Both the position numbers and the translations under genes were made by a program. A stretch of DNA of 64,000 nt from Sphingomonadales bacterium (GTDB taxonomy: Bacteria; Pseudomonadota; Alphaproteobacteria; Sphingomonadales; Sphingomonadaceae): assembly GCA_038315875.1 (NCBI GenBank), contig JBBQAG010000001.1, forward strand, positions 523 to 64,522, written 5' to 3'. Of the stretch, positions 46,271 to 56,765 are shown piece after piece. The stretch's first letter is position 1; every line of letters starts with the position of its first letter. The notes below the pieces were generated by a model. It did no database searches. It worked only from the letters and a program-made list of their open reading frames with translations, and was not told where the DNA came from.

Positions 46271-47895
46271 CCCATCAGGTTGCGGCCGCGCATCACCGTC
46301 GTCGTGTGGCCGATGCTGGCGGTGGTCGATGCCTGCTTGATCGTATCGAGCATCACCCAGTCATTCGTCACCTTTGTCGGCGTGATCGTCATCGCCATAT
46401 ACCCACGTCGGCTGGTGTCGCACCATTTCAGCTCGGGATTGTCCTTGACGAGTGACGCAGCAACGAGCTTCGGATCGATGCCGATACCCGATTCATAGCC
46501 TGGCGAGGTGACGCTGTGGCCAGCGAATTCGACGCCTGCGGGCTTACCGTCCTGTGCCAGATCATAGGCCCAGGCGTTGTGGCTGTCGCCAGAGATGACG
46601 ACGAGATTTGCCCCCATGCCCTGCGCCGATTTCAGGAAGCGGGCACGGGCGGCGGGATAGCCGCCCCAGCTGTCATAATTGGAGGGCAGCCCAGCTTTGG
46701 CGGCAGCGACGCCTGCCAGGATATAGGTCTTTGAACGCGTGGACGTGTCGGGCGTGATCCAGCTCGCGGCGTCGAGCGGCGCGGATGTATTGCCCATGAT
46801 GGTGCCGAAGCCAACCACCTGCCATTTCTGCCCGGCGCGCACCGAAGCGCGCATCGCGTGCCCCAGCCAATCCTCCTGCTGCGATCCCATCATCGTCATC
46901 GCCGGATCCTGCCAGGCGCCATCTCGGAACGCGACCAGCGCCTTGGCGACATCCATATTCTTGAACAGCGGCGCGATATCTGGCTGCTTGGTGCGCGCAA
47001 GCACGCGCGTTTCGGTGCGGAACAGCGTCGCCAGCGTGCCGATGTCATAGGCCTTCCAAGGCTCGTCCGACACCGGCATCCACTCGCGGTACGCCTGGAT
47101 CGAGGCGGCGCGGCGGCTGCTCCATAGCCCCTCGGCTTCGGGCTGATGGTTTTCGGCGCCGCCTTCCCAGCTGTCATTCGACGATTCATGATCATCCCAT
47201 TGGACGATCATCGGCACCAGGCTGTGCAGCTTCTGCAAATCCGGATCGCTGCGGTAGCTGGCATAGCGCAACCGGTAGTCGGCGAGATGAATGAGCTCGG
47301 TCGTCGGCAGCGGCTGGCGACCTTCCACCGAATCCTTGACGGCGGGATAATCGCCCGTCTGATATTCGTAAAAATAATCCCCGAGGTGGATGGCCAGATC
47401 GATGTCGTTTCTAAGCGCGGCGTGCGCATAGGCGTTGAAATAGCCGAACGGCAGGTTCGAGCAGGAGAAGATCGCGGTGCGGAACGACGCGACTGGACCT
47501 GCGGGCAGCGTCTTGGTGCGGCCGACGGGCGAGAAGCTGCCATCGGGGGCTACGAAGCGGAAATGATAGACGGTGCCGGGCTTCAGGCCGCCCACGGTGA
47601 TCTTGGCGGTCCAGTCACGCCACGGCCCCGTGATCTGCGCGCCACCCGATGCTACCCTCGTGAAATCGGCTGTCTCTGAAATCTCTGCGCGCAGATGCGC
47701 TGAATCGCCAGTGGCGGGCACATAACGCGTCCATAGCAGCATCGAATCGCCGCTCGGCTCGCCACTCGCGACCGAATGGGTGAACCCGCGCACGGTCGAC
47801 ACGTTTGCCGCCTGTGCAAAGCCCGGAATAGCGAAGGCACCGATGCCAAGTGAACCCGTCATCACGAATGAGCGTCGGTCGATCCTGATCGTCAT
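46267..47895 (-). CDS. phoD: Alkaline phosphatase D family (Tat-exported)
   Basis: Twin-Arg DRRSF; FTHSVASGEP, FSCSN, HLGDYFYE, WDDHE, DSWGGY, SGDSH. Confidence 0.92.
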   Translation of the reverse strand: MTIRIDRRSFVMTGSLGIGAFAIPGFAQAANVSTVRGFTHSVASGEPSGDSMLLWTRYVPATGDSAHLRAEISETADFTRVASGGAQITGPWRDWTAKITVGGLKPGTVYHFRFVAPDGSFSPVGRTKTLPAGPVASFRTAIFSCSNLPFGYFNAYAHAALRNDIDLAIHLGDYFYEYQTGDYPAVKDSVEGRQPLPTTELIHLADYRLRYASYRSDPDLQKLHSLVPMIVQWDDHESSNDSWEGGAENHQPEAEGLWSSRRAASIQAYREWMPVSDEPWKAYDIGTLATLFRTETRVLARTKQPDIAPLFKNMDVAKALVAFRDGAWQDPAMTMMGSQQEDWLGHAMRASVRAGQKWQVVGFGTIMGNTSAPLDAASWITPDTSTRSKTYILAGVAAAKAGLPSNYDSWGGYPAARARFLKSAQGMGANLVVISGDSHNAWAYDLAQDGKPAGVEFAGHSVTSPGYESGIGIDPKLVAASLVKDNPELKWCDTSRRGYMAMTITPTKVTNDWVMLDTIKQASTTASIGHTTTVMRGRNLMG

Positions 47896-47960
47896 GGCTT
47901 TGCCCCCTGGTTAATCGCGCGCTTTGCACGCTTGTTGCACATCATCCCTGCGCCCGTGAT

Positions 47961-47978
47961 ATGGCCGCATTGTTACAG
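47961..47978 (-). promoter_or_regulatory. PHO-box-like direct repeat
   Basis: Minus strand CTGTAAC-AATG-CGGCCAT versus CTGTCAT-N4-CTGTCAT; 66 nt upstream of phoD. Confidence 0.45.
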
Positions 47979-48023
47979 GGGCATCGTCTACCCCTATCGC
48001 GCTGGCTGCAAGGGGACCGAAGG

Positions 48024-49496
48024 ATGTACGGATTGCGCCGGCAGCAGGCGATGTTCGCCGGCGCGACCGTGCTGCTCTGCCTGCTGGCGCTGGCCCGGCC
48101 GATCGATCATGACGAAAGCCAGTATGTCGCAGCGACGATACTCGCGTGGCGCGGGCTCCCCTATCGCGATTTCGCCTATTTGCAGACGCCGCTCCAGCCA
48201 ATGTTGCTGGCACCGCTGGCGGCGTTGGCGGGTACGCTGACGTGGCCGGCGCTGCGACTGGCCAATGCGGTTTTCGGGGCGCTGATGCTGCTGGGTTGCT
48301 ATGCGGCGGCGCGCGAGGCCGGCGTCGGTGTGCGGATGGCGACGATCGCCACCGCGCTGCTGGGCTGTTGTGACATTTTCCTGTTCAGCGCCGCGGTCGC
48401 CCGCAACGATGCGTTGCCCGCTGCCTGCCTGGCCGGCGCGCTCTGGCTTGCTCTTCGCGCCGCCAATGGCACTGGCAACGTTGCCAGTGCGCTGCTGGCC
48501 GGATTCCTGCTCGCAGCGGCAGCGGCGGCGAAAATCTCGTTCGCGCTGCCCGCAGCCGCTTATGGCGCATGGGCATTGTGGGATCGCCGACACCGCCCGA
48601 TCGCGCTCGCGGTCGGCGCGCTGCCTGCCGTGGCGCTGCTTATGTGGCTATACGCGCAGGCACCCGATGGATTCATGTTCGGCGTTTTCACTTTTCCGGC
48701 GCAGGCGCCTGCCCAATGGTATCGCGCCGCCAATCCCTGGAAGCTGACCGCGGCGGCAAAGGCGGTCGATACGCTCAAATTCCTGGCGCTGGGCCCGGCG
48801 CTGGTCGCGCTGATCCTCGTCGCCATCGATGCGGATCGCCATCGTACCTCGCGGATGCTGCTTGTGCTGATTATCGCTGGCGCAGTCGCTGCTTTGCTGC
48901 CCGAGCCGACGTGGCGCCAATATCTGTTGCCGATCCTGCCGCCGCTGTTCATCCGGCTGGCAATGGTGTGGGAAGCGCGGGCGCCGAGCCGCCCTTGGCG
49001 GATCGCAGTTGCGGTGTTTGTCGGCGCGGGCTTGGCAACCACTGCCGAGGGCTTGATCAACAATCGGGGCATGACGATGATTGAGGCAACGGCACAAGGC
49101 GATGCAATCGGCTTGGCTGCACGCCGGGCCGGCATCGATGGACCAATCGCCACCCTGTCGCCGCAGTTCCTGCCCGCGGCGCAATTGACGATCGATCCAC
49201 GCTTTGCAGCCGGGCCCTATTATTTCAGGAGCCGGTCGCTGCTGTCGCCCGCAATGGAGCCCCGCCTGCGTGTCGTTTCGCGCGCCCGGATCGATCTCAC
49301 CAACTTACCGCCCGCTGCCATCCTCATTGGCGGCGAAGGCGCTTGGACGAGCGGCGATTCCGGCGACGACAATGCGCTTGAAGCCTATGCGATTGGCTTG
49401 CGCTGGCGCCGGATCGGCGTGCCGGGGGGACGGTTCAGGCTCTACGCACCGCCTCAGGCCGCCGCGCGCTTGGCGCCCGCCACCAGTCCTTCATAA
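48024..49496 (+). CDS. GT-C fold (ArnT/PMT-like) integral membrane glycosyltransferase
   Basis: First TM then RPIDHDESQY acidic motif, PYRDFAYLQTPL, many TMs, soluble C-terminal tail. Confidence 0.7.
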   Translation: MYGLRRQQAMFAGATVLLCLLALARPIDHDESQYVAATILAWRGLPYRDFAYLQTPLQPMLLAPLAALAGTLTWPALRLANAVFGALMLLGCYAAAREAGVGVRMATIATALLGCCDIFLFSAAVARNDALPAACLAGALWLALRAANGTGNVASALLAGFLLAAAAAAKISFALPAAAYGAWALWDRRHRPIALAVGALPAVALLMWLYAQAPDGFMFGVFTFPAQAPAQWYRAANPWKLTAAAKAVDTLKFLALGPALVALILVAIDADRHRTSRMLLVLIIAGAVAALLPEPTWRQYLLPILPPLFIRLAMVWEARAPSRPWRIAVAVFVGAGLATTAEGLINNRGMTMIEATAQGDAIGLAARRAGIDGPIATLSPQFLPAAQLTIDPRFAAGPYYFRSRSLLSPAMEPRLRVVSRARIDLTNLPPAAILIGGEGAWTSGDSGDDNALEAYAIGLRWRRIGVPGGRFRLYAPPQAAARLAPATSPS

Positions 49497-50632
49497 TAGG
49501 CCATCAACTCGCGGGTGTGCTCAACATCGGTGCGGACCTTGCCCGCCGCCACGATCGCTGCCCGGCGCAGCAAAATGCCGTCGCGGGAGGCCATCCGTTC
49601 GATCGCCTGCGCGGCCGATTGCGCGTTACGCGCCTGGTAAAGCTCCGAACAATGCGGATCAGCGACCTCTGCACACCCGCCTTCGTCGGGCGCGATCAGC
49701 GGCAGGCCGGATGCCATCGCCTCGGACGCAACCAGCCCGAAGGGCTCGCCTTCGGAGCCATGGATCAGCGCATCGCAGCTCGCCATGATCCGCGCGAGCC
49801 GCATCCGATCATAGACCGGGCGGAACATCCGGATATGCGGCGATCCGTTCACCCGTCGCTCGATCGTGCGTCGCTCGATGCCATCACCGATCAGCAACAG
49901 TCCAACAGGCAGCTTGGCCCCTGCCCTCGACACGGCGTCGATAACGAGCGGCCAACGCTTTTCGGGATGATGCCGCCCTAGCCCGAGCAGCAAATGCGCT
50001 TCGGGTGGCAGATCGCACTGCGCAAGCAATGCCGCGCGCAGTTTCTCATCGCGCATATCGGGCGAGAAATGCCCCTTTTCGATGCCCAATGTCATCGCCG
50101 CATCAATCCGCACGCCGCGCCGCGTCAGCCGTTTTTGCAGCGCCGGACCGTTCGTCACCACCGCATCGAAATGCGCGAGAAAGCGGTTCATGTAGCGGCT
50201 GTACCAGGCAAAGGCGCGCTCGATGCGCTGGGGGTTCGCCACCCCTTCGAACCAGCGCTGCGGATAAGCCCCCACATTATCGTTGTGCATGAAGAATATC
50301 TTCGCGGCGCGCCCTTGCCATTGCCCGACGATCCAGGCGGGGCGCCACGGCGACGATACCTCGACGACATCGGGATCAAGCGCGTCGAGCAGTTGGGTAA
50401 TCGGTTCACCGTCCCAGAACAGCCCGTAGTTCGAATCGAACGGCAAGGGTGGCGCCTTGATGAAGATGATCCGCCCGCCACCGGGTCGCTCTTCAACCGA
50501 ATCGGCAAGCGCCGGTGCGATGACGATGAGTTCATGCCCCATCTCCGCCATGATCGTCATCTTGCGATCGATATAGGTGCGAACGCCGCCGCCCGTAGGC
50601 GAATAGAATTCGTTGACGTCGACGATTTTCAC
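49454..50632 (-). CDS. GT4 family (GT-B) glycosyltransferase
   Basis: FYSPTGGGVRTY, LGLGRHHPEKR, EPFGLVASEAMASGLP. Confidence 0.9.
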   Translation of the reverse strand: MKIVDVNEFYSPTGGGVRTYIDRKMTIMAEMGHELIVIAPALADSVEERPGGGRIIFIKAPPLPFDSNYGLFWDGEPITQLLDALDPDVVEVSSPWRPAWIVGQWQGRAAKIFFMHNDNVGAYPQRWFEGVANPQRIERAFAWYSRYMNRFLAHFDAVVTNGPALQKRLTRRGVRIDAAMTLGIEKGHFSPDMRDEKLRAALLAQCDLPPEAHLLLGLGRHHPEKRWPLVIDAVSRAGAKLPVGLLLIGDGIERRTIERRVNGSPHIRMFRPVYDRMRLARIMASCDALIHGSEGEPFGLVASEAMASGLPLIAPDEGGCAEVADPHCSELYQARNAQSAAQAIERMASRDGILLRRAAIVAAGKVRTDVEHTRELMAYYEGLVAGAKRAAA

Positions 50633-50637
50633 CTGCG

Positions 50638-51171
50638 TTACCTGTCGGTCTTGATTGGGCCGAAGCCGCTGAAGCCGCGCAGATACTGCGCCTGAATGAT
50701 AGTGTCTGTCACCCCCGGGCCGACGTCGATCTGGGCGTCCGCCAGCTTGGGCCGGCTGCGCCCCATCTTCATGTTGCTGGGCAGCCCGGCCCCGTCGACC
50801 CAGAAATTGAACTTGTTCTTACCGTCGCGATCATGCGTAAAAAACAGGGCATAGCGGCCGGGTCGGGGCGCCTTGATGCACACCGAAACTGTGCCGCTTT
50901 CGGGCGTGTCTGCCCATACACGGCGAAAGAATTTGCCCTCGTTGATCAGATCGCGGTCGTCGCGCAGAAAATCCTTGTCGTTGGCGGGATAAAGCTCGAG
51001 CTTGAGCCGACCCTTGCGATCCTTCAGCCCGGTGATCCTGGCATCGATTGCAGGGCCCTCGCCCGCATCGCAGGCAGCGGCATCGCTGCCGACGGCTCGG
51101 CCTGCAAGTGCGGCTTGCGACATCGCCAGTACGCCAAGCGAGAGGGGGATAAGCAACAAACGGGCAGTCAT
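50638..51171 (-). CDS. DUF2141 family exported protein
   Basis: Signal peptide; ITGLKDRKGRLKLELY, PGRYALFFTHDRDG, DGAGLPSN. Confidence 0.8.
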   Translation of the reverse strand: MTARLLLIPLSLGVLAMSQAALAGRAVGSDAAACDAGEGPAIDARITGLKDRKGRLKLELYPANDKDFLRDDRDLINEGKFFRRVWADTPESGTVSVCIKAPRPGRYALFFTHDRDGKNKFNFWVDGAGLPSNMKMGRSRPKLADAQIDVGPGVTDTIIQAQYLRGFSGFGPIKTDR

Positions 51172-52088
51172 GATCGATTCCTAACCAGCGAATACAGGCT
51201 GAACGCGCCAATCAGGCCGACATGGGCAAGCAGCGTGAGCGCTGCTGTCATGGCGACTAGATTGGACAGGGCCTGATCTTGGCCGATAAACAGGATCGCG
51301 AAATTGGCGAAAAGAAGGTCTTTGTTCGGCACCAGCGGCAGCCGCCAGACCAGCAGGCGCCCCGCCGTCAGCAGCAACCACATCTCGATCGATACCTGTG
51401 GCATCCCGAAATGCCAGCAAACCGCCAGCAAAGCCGTGCCTGCGACAACCCGCAGGCTGTGGACCATGAAAATCCACCACAGGGTTGCGCGCGGGAGGGA
51501 GAAAACGCGTTTCGAAAAGATCAGGAAGGGCAGCAGCATCACCGCGACGACGGCGGTCGAGGCGATCAGCGCCTTGACTTGCGTCTGCGTCAACAAGCCG
51601 TAGCAAAAGGGGAGCGCGAGCCCGATCATCGCCAGTGTGAGCGTGTTGCTGGATACCGCCGACAGGATGCTCACATCCTTTACCGCGCCAAAGGGTGCCG
51701 CCACCATTTGCGAGCGCTGCCTGGCCCAGGCGTAGAAATAGGCTTCGCCCGAATAACCGAGCACGACCTCGTTCGCGATCCGCTTCTTGATCAGCGCCGC
51801 CAGGCCGGCGATCGGCACGCCCCAAAGACGCCGGAAGATGATGAAATCGCCCACAGGCAGCGTGAAATAGAGCAGCGTAAAGGCAAGATAGAATGCGGGA
51901 TCGCCGGGCACCGCGCGGGAAAGCCCTGCAAGCCCTGATCCTAGCAATTCGCGCGCCAGCCCGAGGATCATCGCCAGGGTGAGCAAACCGCCGAGCCACA
52001 TCGGCCAACGACGCTTGATCGATTCGATCGGCTCCAGCCCGGCAATATCGGGGGCGGCGCTCGGCGCATTGGCAAGCTGGGTACTCAT
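51168..52088 (-). CDS. Multi-pass membrane protein, LPG-synthase TM (flippase-like) type
   Basis: About 8 TMs; ANEVVLGYSGEAYF; coupled to DUF2141 by ATGA. Family assignment is tentative. Confidence 0.55.
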   Translation of the reverse strand: MSTQLANAPSAAPDIAGLEPIESIKRRWPMWLGGLLTLAMILGLARELLGSGLAGLSRAVPGDPAFYLAFTLLYFTLPVGDFIIFRRLWGVPIAGLAALIKKRIANEVVLGYSGEAYFYAWARQRSQMVAAPFGAVKDVSILSAVSSNTLTLAMIGLALPFCYGLLTQTQVKALIASTAVVAVMLLPFLIFSKRVFSLPRATLWWIFMVHSLRVVAGTALLAVCWHFGMPQVSIEMWLLLTAGRLLVWRLPLVPNKDLLFANFAILFIGQDQALSNLVAMTAALTLLAHVGLIGAFSLYSLVRNRS

Positions 52089-52222
52089 TGAAACGTCATT
52101 CTTTCCTGCATTCGCGGCGTCGGATCGGAAACGGGTGATATGGTGGCCTTAAGAGAACGATCCAGGTCGAAAACACGACCCGGCCTTGCTGGATGCCAGT
52201 CTGGTATCGGGGTAGATCGGCA

Positions 52223-52873
52223 TCACGTGACAGGCTCCGGCGCGAATCGATCGGGATGGGCATCCGCAAACGCAGCCAATCCGGCGGCAGCCGAATCAGC
52301 GCGGACCAGCCGGGGGAAGCGCGTGAGCGGCAGCGAAAATCGCCTAGCGTTATAAAGCTGCGGCACCAGCACTACATCGGCAAGGTTCGGCGCGTCGCCA
52401 CCCAGAAAGGGCCCGTCGTGACCAAGCCCTGACGCCATCGCCTCAAGCGCGGTCAAACCATTGTCGACCCAGTGGCGATACCAACCATCCTTTGCCGCCT
52501 GATCTGCGCCGAATTGCGATTCAAGCCGCTTGAGCACGCGCATATTGTCGATCGGGTGGGTATCGGCGGCGATCACCAGTGCTTGCGACAACACCTGTGC
52601 GCGGGCCATCGGATCGGCCGGGACCAACGGCGGATCGGGGTAGGTCGCATCGAGATAATCGATGATCGCAAGGCTCTGGATGATGGTGCGCCCGTCGATC
52701 TCCAGCGTTGGCACCTGCCCTTGCGCGTTGCGGGCGACATTTTCGGCAGTCAGCTGTTCGCCTGCGACGAGGTTGACGGCAACCCGGTCATAAGCGACGC
52801 CCTTCAGTCCGAGCGCGATCCGCACCCGGTAGCTCGCCGACGACCGGTAATAATCATACAGCACTATCGTCAT
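52223..52873 (-). CDS. maiA: Maleylacetoacetate isomerase (GST zeta)
   Basis: YYRSSASYRVRIAL, NAQGQVPTL, QSLAIIDYLD, ADTHP, PQLYNARRF. Confidence 0.9.
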   Translation of the reverse strand: MTIVLYDYYRSSASYRVRIALGLKGVAYDRVAVNLVAGEQLTAENVARNAQGQVPTLEIDGRTIIQSLAIIDYLDATYPDPPLVPADPMARAQVLSQALVIAADTHPIDNMRVLKRLESQFGADQAAKDGWYRHWVDNGLTALEAMASGLGHDGPFLGGDAPNLADVVLVPQLYNARRFSLPLTRFPRLVRADSAAAGLAAFADAHPDRFAPEPVT

Positions 52874-53931
52874 CAGCCTGAAGCCGGGTCGCTCGGCCCC
52901 TCAGTGCCGCGTTGCAACGCTACCTTGATCATTGCCACCATCGGATCGGCCAGGGCAAGGCCGAGCACCCCGAACAACGTGCTGGCGAGTATCTGCGACG
53001 ACAGCGTGAGCGCGGGCGGCATATCGACGGTACGCCTCGCAACCATCGGAATGACGACATAGCCATCGAAATTCTGCACCAAGAAATAGGTGAAGATCGC
53101 CCAATAGCCCGTGTTCAGCCCAGCGCTGAAGCCGACGGCGACCATCAGGATACCAGTCACGATCGCGCCGATATTGGGGATAAAGGCCAGCATGCCTGCC
53201 AAGATGCCAAGCAGCAGCGCCATCGGTACGCCACCGACCCAAAGCATGAACCAGATGAGAATGCCCTCGACAAGCATGCCGAGCAGCCGGCCCGCGAGCA
53301 GCCGGCGCATGGTGTAAGCCATGCGGTCGATCGTGATCGCGAATTCGCCGCGCAGGTCCGATGGGATCAGCCATTGCAGCCCGCGTTCGTAAAGCCGCGG
53401 CTCCATCGCCACAAACAGGCCGATGACGAGGATCATCAACAGGCTGGCAACCGCGCCGATCGCGGTGCCGACCCATGATGTGAGCCGTCCGAACGACCCC
53501 AAAGCCTGCTGGATGAGGCCGTTGATATCGGCGCGACCGGGTATCATGCCGTGCTGTCCCGCCCAGACGATCACACGGTTGCCCTGCACCTCCAGCGTCG
53601 CCCGCAACTGGGCGAACTGGTCGGCAACCTGAACGCCTGTCAAAAACACCACTGCGGCAATAAACGCGATGGTCGACAAGACGACGATCGTCAGCCGCCA
53701 GCCCCGCCCGATCGGCAGGATGCGCCCTAGCAATCTGACGCCGCCATCAAGCATCGACGCGAACACCAGCCCGCCGAAGATGATCAGCAGCGGCTGAATG
53801 AGCAACACAACGAGCGCCATCGCCGCTGCGAGCCCAAGCCACACCGCCGCGCGCTTCAATTCCCACCGGATCGCCGGGTCGCTGACGTCGCTTGGGCTTG
53901 GCCCGGAGACGATCTCCGCAGGCTCTGTCAC
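52873..53931 (-). CDS. AI-2E (PerM) family transporter
   Basis: LAFIPNIGA, QNFDGYVVIP, FGVLGLALADPM. Confidence 0.88.
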   Translation of the reverse strand: MTEPAEIVSGPSPSDVSDPAIRWELKRAAVWLGLAAAMALVVLLIQPLLIIFGGLVFASMLDGGVRLLGRILPIGRGWRLTIVVLSTIAFIAAVVFLTGVQVADQFAQLRATLEVQGNRVIVWAGQHGMIPGRADINGLIQQALGSFGRLTSWVGTAIGAVASLLMILVIGLFVAMEPRLYERGLQWLIPSDLRGEFAITIDRMAYTMRRLLAGRLLGMLVEGILIWFMLWVGGVPMALLLGILAGMLAFIPNIGAIVTGILMVAVGFSAGLNTGYWAIFTYFLVQNFDGYVVIPMVARRTVDMPPALTLSSQILASTLFGVLGLALADPMVAMIKVALQRGTEGPSDPASG

Positions 53932-54839
53932 TATTGCGCCTGGGCCGGATGGAGCGACGTGCCTGCGCGGCCGCCGCGAAGCGAGCCGGGCCAGGTCAGC
54001 GGGTTCCAGCTGGCGCTACCGTCAACGGAAAAGGTGATGAATTCGGCGCGACCACCGATATTCTCCCATGGCACTGGCCCGCCCAGCCCCAGATTGGCGA
54101 TCGAAAAGCGGCTATCGGCGCTGCGATCGCGATTGTAGCCCATCACGAATACATGATTGGCGGGGATGGTGATTGGCCCATAGAAGTCGCCCTCGCTGCG
54201 ACCGAGTTCAACCGTATCATAGGTGCGGCCATTGGGGAGCGTTTCAGTCACGACCGGCAGATAGCAATACAGCTTGCCATCGGGCCCCGTGCGGCGGGCA
54301 TCGCCATATTCGCTTGGCTCGCAACGGGCATTTTCGTCGACCGGGATGATCTTGTCGTGGATCGCACCGCGCTTCACCGCCACACCGTTCAGCATGACTA
54401 CGCCGTCGCGCACCTCCAGCCGATCGCCGGGCAGGCCGATCACGCGCTTGATGTAATCTTCATTCTTACCCGGTGGGGCAACGATCACAACATCGCCGCG
54501 GGTCGGCAGCCGACCGAACAGGCGACCATGGAAAAACGGCAGCAGATGAAAGGTGGGCGACACGAACGAGAAGCCATAGGGATATTTGGTGACGACCAGT
54601 CGATCGCCGATCAGCAGGCCCGGCAGCATCGATTCCGATGGAATATAGAAAGGCTTGGCGATGAAGCTGTGGAAACCAAGCACGGCGAGCACCAGCCAGA
54701 AGATGCCGCGCACTTCTGCCAGCCAGTCGGTGCCCGGTTTCGTCGGCATCGAAGCCGACTTATCGTCCTGCTTCTCGCCGTCGATCCCACCGTCCAACGC
54801 CAACTCCTCGCCTGCCATCGGTCTCTTTGCCTTCTTCAA
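53931..54839 (-). CDS. lepB: Signal peptidase I
   Basis: [39 protein letters not shown]; alternative start ATG 54818. Confidence 0.95.
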   Translation of the reverse strand: MKKAKRPMAGEELALDGGIDGEKQDDKSASMPTKPGTDWLAEVRGIFWLVLAVLGFHSFIAKPFYIPSESMLPGLLIGDRLVVTKYPYGFSFVSPTFHLLPFFHGRLFGRLPTRGDVVIVAPPGKNEDYIKRVIGLPGDRLEVRDGVVMLNGVAVKRGAIHDKIIPVDENARCEPSEYGDARRTGPDGKLYCYLPVVTETLPNGRTYDTVELGRSEGDFYGPITIPANHVFVMGYNRDRSADSRFSIANLGLGGPVPWENIGGRAEFITFSVDGSASWNPLTWPGSLRGGRAGTSLHPAQAQ

Positions 54840-55237
54840 ATCGCCAGCGCTTCAATGATCACAAATGCCTGCGCCCAGGGATGATCATCGGTTAACGACA
54901 AATATATGGCCGCGGCGTGGCCTTCGGGGGTGATCGCGTCAAGCCTTGCCTTGGCACCGCCCGTCAGCGCCAATGTAGGTGCGCCGCCGGGCATATTCAC
55001 GACGCCGATATCGCGGAAGAACACACCGCGCTTGAATCCGGTCCCTACCGCCTTGGAAAAAGCTTCCTTTGCAGCAAAGCGCTTTGCAAGTGTCCCGGCC
55101 TTGGTAAACGGGCGCTGTGCCGCCTTGGCACGCTCGGTTTCTGTAAATACCCGCGCTTCGAAGCGATCACCGAAGCGGTCGAGCGACGCCTGGATGCGCT
55201 CGATATTGCACAAGTCAGAGCCGATGCCGATGATCAA
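54836..55237 (-). CDS. acpS: Holo-ACP synthase
   Basis: [31 protein letters not shown]. Confidence 0.96.
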   Translation of the reverse strand: MIIGIGSDLCNIERIQASLDRFGDRFEARVFTETERAKAAQRPFTKAGTLAKRFAAKEAFSKAVGTGFKRGVFFRDIGVVNMPGGAPTLALTGGAKARLDAITPEGHAAAIYLSLTDDHPWAQAFVIIEALAI

Positions 55238-55968
55238 CGGGCCGCATCCATTGCTACCCGCATCTCGCGCACTGCTTCGCCCAGACCCAGGAACAACGCC
55301 TCGCCGATCAGGAAATGGCCGATGTTGAGCTCGCGCACCTGCGGGAGCGACGCGATCGGTGCGACATTGGCAAAGGTGATGCCGTGGCCGGCATGGACCT
55401 CAATCCCGTTCTTGGCGGCAAGCGCTGCTGCATCGGCGAGCCGACGAAGCTCATCCGCCTGAGCCGGACCATCGAGTTCGGCATAGCGCCCGACATGCAG
55501 TTCAAGCACCGGCACGCAGAGCCGCAGCGTCGCCTCGATCTGGCGCGGATCGGGCTCGACAAACAGGCTGACGCGGATGCCGGCCGCCTGCAATTCGGAA
55601 ACGAACGGTGCCAGCCGATTGTGCTGGCCTGCGGCGTCGAGCCCGCCCTCCGTGGTGCGTTCCTCGCGTTTTTCGGGCACGATGCACACCGCGTGCGGGC
55701 GGTGCGAAAGCGCAATTTCCAGCATCTCCTCTGTTGCTGCTATCTCCAGATTGAGCGGCACCGAAAGCTCGGCCATCAGCCGCGCGATATCATCATCGGT
55801 GATGTGACGCCGGTCCTCGCGCAGATGCGCTGTGATGCCGTCAGCGCCGGCCTCGACCGCCAGCAACGCTGCGCGCACCGGATCGGGATAGCCGACGCCG
55901 CGGGCGTTGCGCACCGTCGCGACGTGATCGATGTTGACGCCCAGGCGCAGATAATCGGTGATGCTCAT
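55234..55968 (-). CDS. pdxJ: Pyridoxine 5'-phosphate synthase
   Basis: [42 protein letters not shown]. Confidence 0.97.
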   Translation of the reverse strand: MSITDYLRLGVNIDHVATVRNARGVGYPDPVRAALLAVEAGADGITAHLREDRRHITDDDIARLMAELSVPLNLEIAATEEMLEIALSHRPHAVCIVPEKREERTTEGGLDAAGQHNRLAPFVSELQAAGIRVSLFVEPDPRQIEATLRLCVPVLELHVGRYAELDGPAQADELRRLADAAALAAKNGIEVHAGHGITFANVAPIASLPQVRELNIGHFLIGEALFLGLGEAVREMRVAMDAAR

Positions 55969-56552
55969 ATCGCCGCCAGCCCCCGACTGCCGGGCTTGAT
56001 CGGCGGTAGGGCGGCCAATTCCGGCGGCAATGCATCAGCGGGATAGGCTGGGATATCGAGCGTACAGAGCGATACCAGTGGCACGCCGATATCGGCCTTG
56101 CCGTTCGAACGATCGATGATGCACGCTCCGCCGAGCAATATGCCAGGGTGCTGGCGGATAGCAGCAATGCACTCACGCGACGACAGCCCAGTCGTCACCA
56201 TATCCTCCACCATCACCACGCGCGCGCCCTCAGGAATTTCGAAATTGCGGCGCAGCTGGAATTCGCCGCCTTCGCGTTCGACGAAGATGGCATGGCAGCC
56301 AAGCGCGCGGGCCGTTTCATAGCCTGGGATGATCCCGCCGACGGCGGGCGAAACGATCAGATCGACTTCCCCGAAGCGCGCCGTAATCGCCTCGGCCAGC
56401 GCCCGAGCAAGCCGTTCAGTGCGAACGGGATCTTGAAAAACCAGCATTTTTTGAAGGAAGACGGGCGATCTAAGCCCCGATGAAAGAATGAAATGCCCCT
56501 CCAGCAACGCATCCGCGTCCCGGAATTCGGCGAGCACCTCGTCTGCGGTCAT
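55965..56552 (-). CDS. pyrE: Orotate phosphoribosyltransferase
   Basis: [15 protein letters not shown] motif [13 protein letters not shown]. Confidence 0.94.
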   Translation of the reverse strand: MTADEVLAEFRDADALLEGHFILSSGLRSPVFLQKMLVFQDPVRTERLARALAEAITARFGEVDLIVSPAVGGIIPGYETARALGCHAIFVEREGGEFQLRRNFEIPEGARVVMVEDMVTTGLSSRECIAAIRQHPGILLGGACIIDRSNGKADIGVPLVSLCTLDIPAYPADALPPELAALPPIKPGSRGLAAI

Positions 56553-56765
56553 AGTCGGATCGGCCCTGCTATTGGTTAGAGCGGCCTGATAGGATTGCGT
56601 CCGCCGCCATGCAACGCTGGAGCCAAAAAAGCGTTGTGAACGCTTGAGAGTACAGCCTCTCGTGCGTATAGCGCCCGGCAAAAGAGCATAATATGGATCG
56701 CGTGCCGGGACGATTTGCTGCTACGCACAATCGACCGCCGCACTGCAACAGGACAAACGATCAAG

